This document shows, one piece after another, positions 10,017-17,743 of a stretch of DNA of 64,000 nt. Position 1 is the first letter of the stretch, and each line of letters begins with the position of its first letter. The DNA is from Candidatus Latescibacterota bacterium (GTDB taxonomy: Bacteria; Latescibacterota; UBA2968; UBA8231), in NCBI GenBank assembly GCA_965208105.1, contig OZ242318.1, forward strand, positions 3,936,001 to 4,000,000, in the 5' to 3' direction. The notes under the pieces were generated by a model, which was given only the letters and a program-made list of their open reading frames with translations, did no database searches and was not told where the DNA came from. The position numbers were made by a program, and so were the translations under genes.

Positions 10017-10045
10017 TTGCCGCCATCTCTCTCTCTCCATATATT
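10017..10045 (+). promoter_or_regulatory. rpsT promoter with (TC)6 spacer
   Basis: TTGCCG-17 bp-TATATT, 24 nt upstream of the start codon. Confidence 0.6.
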
Positions 10046-10068
10046 CATCAGGGAAAAAGGAGACTAGT

Positions 10069-10323
10069 GTGCCAATCCTGAAATCTTCGAAAAAACGCTT
10101 GCGTACCAACCTCAAGGCGCGGATGAGAAACAAGGCCATTCGCACGCGGATGCGCACCGCAATCAAGGCCGTGCGCCAGGCTGAGGACCAAGCCAGTGCC
10201 CAGGAAGCCCTGCAGCTCGCATTCTCCAAGATAGACAAGTCCGCCAAGCACAACGTCATCCACAGGAATATGGCAGCGCGCTACAAGTCGCGTCTTGCCC
10301 GTTATGCCCAGGGCTTGTCCTGA
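10069..10323 (+). CDS. rpsT: 30S ribosomal protein S20
   Basis: GTG after AAGGAG; PILKSSKKR...IDKSAKHNVIHRNMAARYKSRL. Confidence 0.96.
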   Translation: MPILKSSKKRLRTNLKARMRNKAIRTRMRTAIKAVRQAEDQASAQEALQLAFSKIDKSAKHNVIHRNMAARYKSRLARYAQGLS

Positions 10324-10461
10324 CCTGTCTCCAGTTTTTTTAGAAGAAGCCGCTTCAGCTCGGAACGAAATCCAGGGGGATGCTTTTGGACCGGGCAAGT
10401 TGGATGAACTTGAGATGGATTCAGGGATTTGCGGGGGCAAGTGGATTTTTGTGGGGAAGCA

Positions 10462-11379
10462 TCACTCGTACACCCGGGTACTCAGGTAGCGCTGTCCGCT
10501 GTCGCAAAGGATGGTGACTACCTTTTTACCGGGACCTAGCTCGCGCGCCACCTCTGCGGCCTTGTGGGCATTGGCGCCAGCCGAAATGCCTACCAGCAGC
10601 CCCTCCTCGCGCGCCAGGCGACGAGCCATCTCGTAGGCATCGTCGTCGCTTATGGTGCGCACTTCGTCGAATATCCCGCTGTTCAGAACCTCGGGCACGA
10701 AACCGGCGCCCAATCCTTCTATGTAGCTGAATCCAGGGTTGCCGCCGGAGAGGACCGCGGAGCCTTCGGGCTCTACGGCTATGATGCGTACCCGGGGGAG
10801 GGCATCCTTGACGATTTCGCCCACTCCGGTGATCGATCCTCCCGTCCCGACCCCTGCCACGAGGGCATCGATCTCTCCGTCCATTTGGGAGAGAACTTCC
10901 CGGCCGGTGGTGCGGCGGTGGATCTCCGGGTTGGCGGGATTGATGAATTGCTGGGGCAGGAAGTAGTCGGGGTTTTTCGCCTTTAGTTCAAGCGCCTTCT
11001 CAATGGCTCCCCGCATACCATCGGCTGACGAAGTCAGCACAACCTCGGCACCATAGGCCTGGATCTGCATGCGCCGCTCCCGGCTGGCAGTATCGAACAT
11101 GGTGATGATGAGGCGGTATCCCTTCACTGCCGCCACCATGGCGAGGCCTATTCCGGTATTGCCGCTGGTCGGTTCGACGATGGTTCCTCCCGGCCGCAGA
11201 ACCCCCGCCTCCTCCGCGGCCTCGATCATGGCCAGAGCGATCCGGTCCTTGACACTGCCTGCCGGGTTGGCGGACTCCAGCTTTGCCCAGACCTCGGCCG
11301 CCGGTTCTCCCACTACCTGATTCAGGCGTACGATGGGGGTAGCTCCAACCAGTTCCAGCACATTATTAGCTTTCTTCAA
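10462..11379 (-). CDS. cysK: Cysteine synthase A (O-acetylserine sulfhydrylase)
   Basis: KLESANPAGSVKDR, EPTSGNTG, QQF, GVGTGG, GISAGAN. Confidence 0.92.
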   Translation of the reverse strand: MKKANNVLELVGATPIVRLNQVVGEPAAEVWAKLESANPAGSVKDRIALAMIEAAEEAGVLRPGGTIVEPTSGNTGIGLAMVAAVKGYRLIITMFDTASRERRMQIQAYGAEVVLTSSADGMRGAIEKALELKAKNPDYFLPQQFINPANPEIHRRTTGREVLSQMDGEIDALVAGVGTGGSITGVGEIVKDALPRVRIIAVEPEGSAVLSGGNPGFSYIEGLGAGFVPEVLNSGIFDEVRTISDDDAYEMARRLAREEGLLVGISAGANAHKAAEVARELGPGKKVVTILCDSGQRYLSTRVYE

Positions 11380-11397
11380 TGGAGCCCCACCTCCACC

Positions 11398-11685
11398 CTA
11401 CCCTCGCAGGCAGCCGCCTGCAATAGCCGGCACGATGGTGAGACTGTCCCCTTCCCGCAGCTCCGTACCCGCGCCTTCGAGAAAGCGGATGTCCTCGTCG
11501 TTGACGTAGATGTTGACGTAGCGCCTGATTTCACCGGCCTCGTCGACCAGCTTGTCCTTCATGCCGCTGTAGGCCAGGTTCAGATTTTCCACCAATTCGC
11601 CCACCGAACCGGCTTCGACCTCGACCTCGGCCTGGTTGTCGGTCAGCTTGCGCAAAGGTGTGGGAATATGGACGGTAACGGGCAT
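11398..11685 (-). CDS. cysO: MoaD/ThiS/CysO ubiquitin-like sulfur carrier with C-terminal extension after GG
   Basis: MPVTVHIPTPLR...YVNIYVNDEDIRF...PAIAGG-CLRG; AGGAGG RBS. Confidence 0.85.
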   Translation of the reverse strand: MPVTVHIPTPLRKLTDNQAEVEVEAGSVGELVENLNLAYSGMKDKLVDEAGEIRRYVNIYVNDEDIRFLEGAGTELREGDSLTIVPAIAGGCLRG

Positions 11686-11843
11686 TTTTATCCTCCTGTG
11701 TTTGACTATGGATGAAACATTTTGAATGAAATTATAAATACCCCTCAGGCTGAGGACCACCCCGCTATTGCCGGGATGGAAGATGCCACGGGCCGGAATG
11801 AGAAGTCGGTTCACGGCCTCTCCGACTGCAGGGAATATTGAGC

Positions 11844-12311
11844 TCAGCCTATGATTTGGAGGCCGGTTTCGGCAAAATCCCGCGAGGATTCAACCCAGCC
11901 AAAGCACTTGTAGCCGATAATTTTTCTGTCGCAGACCGAGATGACCAGGTAGATTGCATCGGCGTAGGCTGGCTCATCCCATACCATGGCGCGCTCCCTG
12001 TCTTCCTCGGAGAAATAGGCGTCGCAGTCGATGTGGGAATGGTAGAAACCGGATATCCGACCTCCGGACTTTTCCGCGGAGGAGCCAACCTCGTAGAGTT
12101 CCTGGGGATCAATGCAGTACGCCGTACTCGAGTCTCGGGGGTAGCTTTCCGGGTCCTGTCGGTGGAGATGATCCTGGATATTCCTGCAAGGGTGGATCTT
12201 CGAAACTGATTCACCGGCGCCAACTGTGAGGATGCCGCAGCACTCCGAGGGGTATTCCCCGAGGGCATGGGCATATATCTGGTCGAGATCAGCTCTTTTT
12301 ATTTTCAGCAA
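11844..12311 (-). CDS. mec: JAB/JAMM (M67) metallopeptidase, Mec+/CysO-Cys peptidase-like
   Basis: YPSECCG and FYHSH...FSEED JAMM motif; adjacent to sulfur carrier and cysM. Confidence 0.88.
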   Translation of the reverse strand: MLKIKRADLDQIYAHALGEYPSECCGILTVGAGESVSKIHPCRNIQDHLHRQDPESYPRDSSTAYCIDPQELYEVGSSAEKSGGRISGFYHSHIDCDAYFSEEDRERAMVWDEPAYADAIYLVISVCDRKIIGYKCFGWVESSRDFAETGLQIIG

Positions 12312-12326
12312 CGGGCACCTCGGCTT

Positions 12327-13270
12327 TCAAATCGTGCCATTCAAGGATGTGCGCCACATCGGGGTGCTCATGTACTTGTCTCCGCCGTCGCAAAAAATGG
12401 TTGCCACGACCCCTTCGTCCAGCTCTTTGGCCACCTCGATGGCGGCCCAATAGGCCGCGCCGGAGGATTGTCCCACCAGTACTCCGGTCTCCCGCGGCAG
12501 CCGCAGGGTCGTGTCGTAGGCGACTTCGGTGTCAACCGTGATCTTGTGATCGAGAAAACTCTCGCTATAGATTTCCGGAACGATGGAACTCTCCATGTGC
12601 TTGAGGCCTTCGATGCCGTGAAAGGAGGTGGGTTCGACGGCGATGACCTCGATGTCCGGGTTCAAGGCTTTCAAGCCTCGGCCAGTGCCCATGACCGTGC
12701 CGCTGGTCCCGATAGTGGCGACAAAGTGGGTAACGCGCCCCTGAGTTTGCTTCCAGATCTCAGGCGCCGTGGTATCGCGGTGGGCTTTCCAGTTGGAAGG
12801 ATTGTTGTATTGGTCGGGTTTGAAGTAGAGGCCGGGGTTTTCCTCGTAGATTCGGCGAGCCTCGAGAATGGCCCCGTCGGACAATTCCCCCGGGTCGGTG
12901 AAGATGACCTCCGCCCCGTAGGCAGCCAGAACCGCCTTGCGCTCCTGGCTGACATTGGCCGGCATCGCCAGCCTCACGCGATACCCTTTGGCCGCCCCGA
13001 TCATTGCGTAGGCGATTCCCGTATTGCCGGAAGTGGAGTCCAGGATGATCTTGCCCGGGCGCAATTTCCCGCTGCGCTCACCGTCTTCGATCATCCGGCG
13101 CGCCGGTCGGTCCTTCACCGAGCCGCCCGGGTTGAAGAATTCAAGCTTGGCATAGACCTCGACCCTGGAGGGCAATGCCGGATCGCGCAGGCGCAACAAC
13201 GGTGTGTTGCGATCGCTTCGATGAGGGATCGACCCGATTGTATGCAGGATCGTCCCGTCTGGGCAGCCAA
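12327..13270 (-). CDS. cysM: Cysteine synthase CysM-like, with a 1-bp frameshift near the 5' end (about 13210); pseudogene or assembly error
   Basis: NPGGSVKDR, TSGNTG and GTSGT motifs; upstream AGGAGAGG + TTG at 13270 encodes ...SLIEAI, out of frame with (G)NTPLLRL. Confidence 0.8.
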
Positions 13271-13439
13271 ATTCAGACCTCTCCTATTCGCAGTGCGGCC
13301 CTCCTTTCCCCTGCGGCTCTTCGCTCCCTCCCGAGGTTCTTCGAGTTTGGTTCAGACCGTGTTCCGCGGCGCTTCCGACAGCCACCCGCCCCGGCGGGGC
13401 CAATTCTCTCAACCGCCTGCAAAATCATCAAGTTCCACC

Positions 13440-13468
13440 AATATATTCCCCCCCCAAAGCACTGTCAA
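13440..13468 (-). promoter_or_regulatory. cysM operon promoter with G8 tract in the spacer
   Basis: TTGACA-17 bp-TATATT on the minus strand; C8 at 13448-13455 on the plus strand. Confidence 0.7.
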
Positions 13469-13488
13469 GCGAGGTCCCCGGGCACTGC

Positions 13489-13517
13489 TTGACATTCCGC
13501 GGGCAAGGATTTATTTT
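13489..13517 (+). promoter_or_regulatory. aspS promoter, back-to-back with the cys promoter
   Basis: TTGACA-17 bp-TATTTT. Confidence 0.6.
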
Positions 13518-13581
13518 CTCAGGTCTTTCTTTAGAGTTCCTCTGAAACTTCAACCCGACCCTCAGCATTCAGCACCACCTC

Positions 13582-15369
13582 ATGCCCACTCTTATCGAAC
13601 CATTGGGCGACTGGCAGCGCAGCCACGACTGCGGTTCCCTGGACGACACCCAAATCGGCGCAAATGTCACCCTCATGGGTTGGGCTTCGCGCCGGCGCGA
13701 CCACGGCGGGGTTATCTTCATAGACCTGCGGGACCGATGCGGCATTACTCAGGTCGTCTTCAATCCTCAGCACAATTCCGCCGCCCACCACAAGGCCGAG
13801 AGCCTGCGCAACGAATCGGTTCTGGCGGTGCAGGGGGTCGTGGAGGCCCGGCCGGAGGGCATGGTCAACCCCAGAATCAAAACGGGGACCATCGAGGTCA
13901 ACTGCCACGCCGTCCGCGTCCTCAACATCTCCCAGGCCCCGCCCTTTCTTCCGGACGACTCTCTCGACGTTGGAGAAGAGACCCGCCTCAAATACCGCTA
14001 TCTCGACCTGCGGCGACCCCACATGCAGCGCAACCTGCTTTTGCGCCACCGTGCCTACCAGGTTACCCGAAAGCTCTTCGACAGTCTGAACTTCATCGAA
14101 ATAGAGACCCCCTTCCTGACCAGAAGTACCCCTGAAGGCGCGCGAGACTACCTGGTCCCGAGCCGGGTCCACGCCGGACAATTCTTCGCGCTTCCCCAGT
14201 CCCCCCAGACCTACAAACAACTCCTCATGATGTCCGGATTCGACCGTTACTTTCAGATCGTCAAGTGCTTCCGGGACGAGGACCTGCGGGCTGACCGCCA
14301 GCCTGAATTCACCCAGATAGACGTGGAGATGTCCTTCGTCGGCGAAGACGATGTCATGGGGGTTTCGGAGCAGGTCACTCGCGCCTTGTTCAGGGAGGTA
14401 GGTGGTGTGGATCTTCCCGATCCCTTTCCTCGCCTTTCCCACAAGGAGGCCATGGAGCGCTATGGGACGGACAAGCCGGACCTGCGCTTTGGTCTCGAAC
14501 TGCGCGATATGGCCGAAGCGGCGCGCGGGTCGGAGTTCGAGGTCTTTCGCTCCGCGATTGAAAGTGGCGGCCAGGTAAAGGGTATCAACGTCAGGGGCCG
14601 CGGAGATTTGCCGAGGAGCCAGATCGATCAGCTTATCGCCTTCGCCCGGCAGGCGGGGGCGAAGGGGTTGAGCTGGATCAAACACACGGAAAGGGGACTT
14701 GAATCCTCCATTGTAAAGTTCTTCCCCGAGCCGGCAAGGCAGCTTCTGATCGCTGGACTGGACTCGAAGCCAGGAGATTTATTGCTCTTCGTGGCCGACC
14801 GGGCCGAAGAGACCGCCAGGATCCTCAGCGCCTTGCGGCTCGAGCTGGGACGCCGCCTCGACCTGATCGACTCCCGCATGTGGCGGCCGCTCTGGGTTAC
14901 CGAATTTCCTTTGCTGGAACGCGATCCCGAGGCCGATCGTTTTGCCGCAGTACACCACCCGTTCACCGCGCCCATGGAGGAAGATATCCCTCTTCTCGAA
15001 ACCGATCCCGGTTCCGCCCGCGCCCGCGCCTATGATCTGGTCCTCAACGGCAACGAGATCGCCGGCGGCAGTATTCGCATCTTCCAGCGTCCGACTCAAA
15101 GCCGGATTTTCGAATTGCTGGCCATCGAGGCGGAGGAAGCCACCCGGAAATTCGGATTTCTTCTCGAGGCCCTCGACTACGGTGCCCCGCCCCATGGCGG
15201 AATAGCTTTCGGCTTTGACCGGCTCGTCGCTTTGCTGGCGGGAGAGGACTCTATTCGCGAGGTAATCGCCTTTCCCAAGACCAATAAAGCCGCGGGGTTG
15301 ATGGAAAGCGCTCCCGCCTCCGCCGACGCCGCCCAACTGCGCGAATTGAGCCTTGTCGTACCCCCCTGA
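13582..15369 (+). CDS. aspS: Aspartate--tRNA ligase
   Basis: RRRDHGGVIFIDLRD, RLKYRYLDLRR, CFRDEDLRADRQPEFTQID, GAPPHGGIAFGFDRL. Confidence 0.98.
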   Translation: MPTLIEPLGDWQRSHDCGSLDDTQIGANVTLMGWASRRRDHGGVIFIDLRDRCGITQVVFNPQHNSAAHHKAESLRNESVLAVQGVVEARPEGMVNPRIKTGTIEVNCHAVRVLNISQAPPFLPDDSLDVGEETRLKYRYLDLRRPHMQRNLLLRHRAYQVTRKLFDSLNFIEIETPFLTRSTPEGARDYLVPSRVHAGQFFALPQSPQTYKQLLMMSGFDRYFQIVKCFRDEDLRADRQPEFTQIDVEMSFVGEDDVMGVSEQVTRALFREVGGVDLPDPFPRLSHKEAMERYGTDKPDLRFGLELRDMAEAARGSEFEVFRSAIESGGQVKGINVRGRGDLPRSQIDQLIAFARQAGAKGLSWIKHTERGLESSIVKFFPEPARQLLIAGLDSKPGDLLLFVADRAEETARILSALRLELGRRLDLIDSRMWRPLWVTEFPLLERDPEADRFAAVHHPFTAPMEEDIPLLETDPGSARARAYDLVLNGNEIAGGSIRIFQRPTQSRIFELLAIEAEEATRKFGFLLEALDYGAPPHGGIAFGFDRLVALLAGEDSIREVIAFPKTNKAAGLMESAPASADAAQLRELSLVVPP

Positions 15370-15409
15370 ATGGAGGTCTGTAACTCTTTGTAAGGACAGT
15401 AATTTTCAC

Positions 15410-15438
15410 TTGACATCCAACCTTGGGAATATTACTTT
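15410..15438 (+). promoter_or_regulatory. Sigma70 promoter for the lipoprotein-LysM pair
   Basis: TTGACA-17 bp-TACTTT. Confidence 0.6.
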
Positions 15439-15495
15439 TTGACGGTATTGCACTGCTGAAACAAATTCTCTTTCTCTGCCGGAGGTAACCCTTTA

Positions 15496-15780
15496 ATGAG
15501 CCGTTGTTTTTCCCTCATCGCAAAATTTCAGGCAGTTGGGCTTGTGGCAGCATTCTCTTTTGCTCTTTTGTCCGGATGTGCCGGAGTGCCGTCCAAAGAG
15601 GAAATGAGCATGCTGGAAGAGAAACGGCAAGCCGTGGAAAAAGCCGAAAATACTGTTGCGGAACGCAAGGCCGAGAAAGCGCAACTGGAGAAGAAGGTGG
15701 CCGAAAAGAAGGCCGCCCTCGAGGAGGCCAAGGCAAAGAACGAAGCCACCAAGGCGGCCCTCGCCGCGCGTTCCGAGTAA
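15496..15780 (+). CDS. Small coiled-coil lipoprotein
   Basis: GGAGG RBS; lipobox LSGC; Ala/Glu/Lys-rich heptad helix. Confidence 0.8.
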   Translation: MSRCFSLIAKFQAVGLVAAFSFALLSGCAGVPSKEEMSMLEEKRQAVEKAENTVAERKAEKAQLEKKVAEKKAALEEAKAKNEATKAALAARSE

Positions 15781-15825
15781 GTTTGGAGAAGTTGAGATTC
15801 TCTTTAGAGAAAGGTCATTTTAATA

Positions 15826-16662
15826 ATGATTGGGAAATATATTTCGGGTGCCTGGGTTCTCTCCCTTTTCATCCTGGCCTCGGGTGTAGATTCGGTCGCC
15901 GAGCAGAAATTGACATGTGTTCAATATCTTGCCGAAGTAGCCAGGTTGACCGAAGCCGATGCCGCGGCTTGGGAGGAGATCAGCAGGTTGGATGCCGACA
16001 TAGCCTCTCTGCAGGAGGAACTCGACTCGCTGAAAGCCGAGATTGCGTCGGTCGCTGACGAGACTCTGGGCCTGATTGGCGTGACCATGGGTGGGTTCCA
16101 GGCTACTCAAAAGAGGCTTGGGGATCTTGCTGAAATTCTCCGTGGATTGGCTTCGCTGCCCATTGAAGAACTCTTCAATCAACGAGACCAGCTCGATGCG
16201 ATCGCAGCCGAGATCGCCGCCCTCAAGGCGGACAAAGTTTCTGCTCACCCGGACATTGCGGCGCAGATTCCATCCCTCGTTGATATGGTTACTGAACTCC
16301 AGGCCCAACTGCCTCGCCAGACCGATATAGACTACGTCGTGAACCACGGCGACAACCTGTGGGATATTGCAGGGGCAGAGGATATCTACTCAGATCCCTA
16401 TATGTGGCCGCGGATCTATCGCGCCAACCGGGATCAGATCCGTGACCCCGACCTTATTTTTCCCAAGCAGACCCTGGTAGTTCCTTTTGGAGTAGGAGAA
16501 AATCAGTACTTGGTAACCCGAGGGGATTTCCTTACGAAGATTGCTGCCGACGTCTACAACGATCCCACGAAGTGGCACAGGATTTACAAGGCCAACAAGG
16601 AACAGATTGTTGATCCTGCCATGGTATTCCCCGCCCAGGTCTTTGATATCCCAGACGATTAA
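15826..16662 (+). CDS. Secreted coiled-coil protein with two LysM domains
   Basis: Signal peptide; YVVNHGDNLWDIA...WPRIYRAN and YLVTRGDFLTKIA...WHRIYKAN. Confidence 0.88.
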   Translation: MIGKYISGAWVLSLFILASGVDSVAEQKLTCVQYLAEVARLTEADAAAWEEISRLDADIASLQEELDSLKAEIASVADETLGLIGVTMGGFQATQKRLGDLAEILRGLASLPIEELFNQRDQLDAIAAEIAALKADKVSAHPDIAAQIPSLVDMVTELQAQLPRQTDIDYVVNHGDNLWDIAGAEDIYSDPYMWPRIYRANRDQIRDPDLIFPKQTLVVPFGVGENQYLVTRGDFLTKIAADVYNDPTKWHRIYKANKEQIVDPAMVFPAQVFDIPDD

Positions 16663-16706
16663 GCGCGGGCTCTGCTGTGCAGCGTTGAAATTATCCTGAG
16701 CAAATA

Positions 16707-16752
16707 CAAAAAGGGGTTTGAATCTCCATTGAGAGACTCAAGCCCCTTTTTG
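16707..16752. terminator. Bidirectional intrinsic terminator
   Basis: CAAAAAGGGGTTTGAATCTC/GAGACTCAAGCCCCTTTTTG hairpin with A and T tracts. Confidence 0.75.
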
Positions 16753-16774
16753 CATTGATTCCCTTGTATTCCAT

Positions 16775-17743
16775 TTGAAATTCCACAACAGCATACCCAT
16801 TGACAAAGTCGACCTGCTCGCCCTTTTTGGCAGAAACGACCGTAATCTGGCCCTCATTGAGAGTGGCTATGGCGTTTCGTTGGTTGCCCGAGGCGACCAA
16901 CTCCTGCTCAAAGGTCCGGCAGAATCGATTCGCGCCGCCGCCGGGTTGCTCAACTTCCTTATTGATAGACTCCGCAAGGGTGTCTCTATTGAAGAAGAGG
17001 ATCTCAGAAGGCTTATCAAACAGGACCGTCTCTTGAAAGATTCCAGCAATGACCAGGTAGTTGAAACCTACAAGGGCCCGATTAGAGCTCGAACCGATGG
17101 CCAAGCAGCCTACCTCGATGCCATGGAAGCCAAGGAGATAATTTTTGCAATAGGCCCGGCAGGTACCGGGAAGACCTACCTGGCCGTGGCGGCGGCCGTT
17201 GCGGCCCTGAGGCAAAAGCGCGTTTCAAGGCTGGTGCTGGCACGTCCTGCGGTAGAGGCAGGCGAGCGCCTGGGCTTTCTGCCCGGTGCCCTCGAAGAAA
17301 AAGTGCACCCATATCTGCATCCGCTCTACGATGCGCTTCAAAACCTGTTGGAACCCGAGCGACTGCGCAGGTTCCAGGAAATGCAGATAATCGAGATTGT
17401 TCCCTTGGCCTATATGCGGGGCCGAACCCTTGACGACGCGTTTATCATTCTCGATGAGGCCCAGAATACCACTCCCCAGCAGATGAAAATGTTTCTCACC
17501 CGACTCGGCAGCCGTTCCAAGGCGGTCGTAACCGGCGACATTACCCAGACTGATTTACCGCAGGACCAACCTTGCGGTCTGGTCGAGGTTCAGAAGGTGT
17601 TAACCGGTATTGCCAACCTGACCTTTGTATATCTCAGCGAACACGACGTCATTCGCAATCCGCTGGTCCAGCACATCATCAGGGCTTACGATTACTATGA
17701 ACAGGCGCCCTTGCGAATGGATGCCGAAGCCAACGGGCAATGA
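16775..17743 (+). CDS. phoH: PhoH family ATPase
   Basis: GPAGTGKT, RPAVEAGERLGFLPG, AYMRGRT, LDEAQN. Confidence 0.95.
   Translation: MKFHNSIPIDKVDLLALFGRNDRNLALIESGYGVSLVARGDQLLLKGPAESIRAAAGLLNFLIDRLRKGVSIEEEDLRRLIKQDRLLKDSSNDQVVETYKGPIRARTDGQAAYLDAMEAKEIIFAIGPAGTGKTYLAVAAAVAALRQKRVSRLVLARPAVEAGERLGFLPGALEEKVHPYLHPLYDALQNLLEPERLRRFQEMQIIEIVPLAYMRGRTLDDAFIILDEAQNTTPQQMKMFLTRLGSRSKAVVTGDITQTDLPQDQPCGLVEVQKVLTGIANLTFVYLSEHDVIRNPLVQHIIRAYDYYEQAPLRMDAEANGQ

Noticed and set aside
13271-13435. Possible SAM riboswitch or T-box in the long cys leader
   Set aside because: No ATC.AGAG/CAGCAACC or T-box AAGGTGG.ACC motif and no terminator
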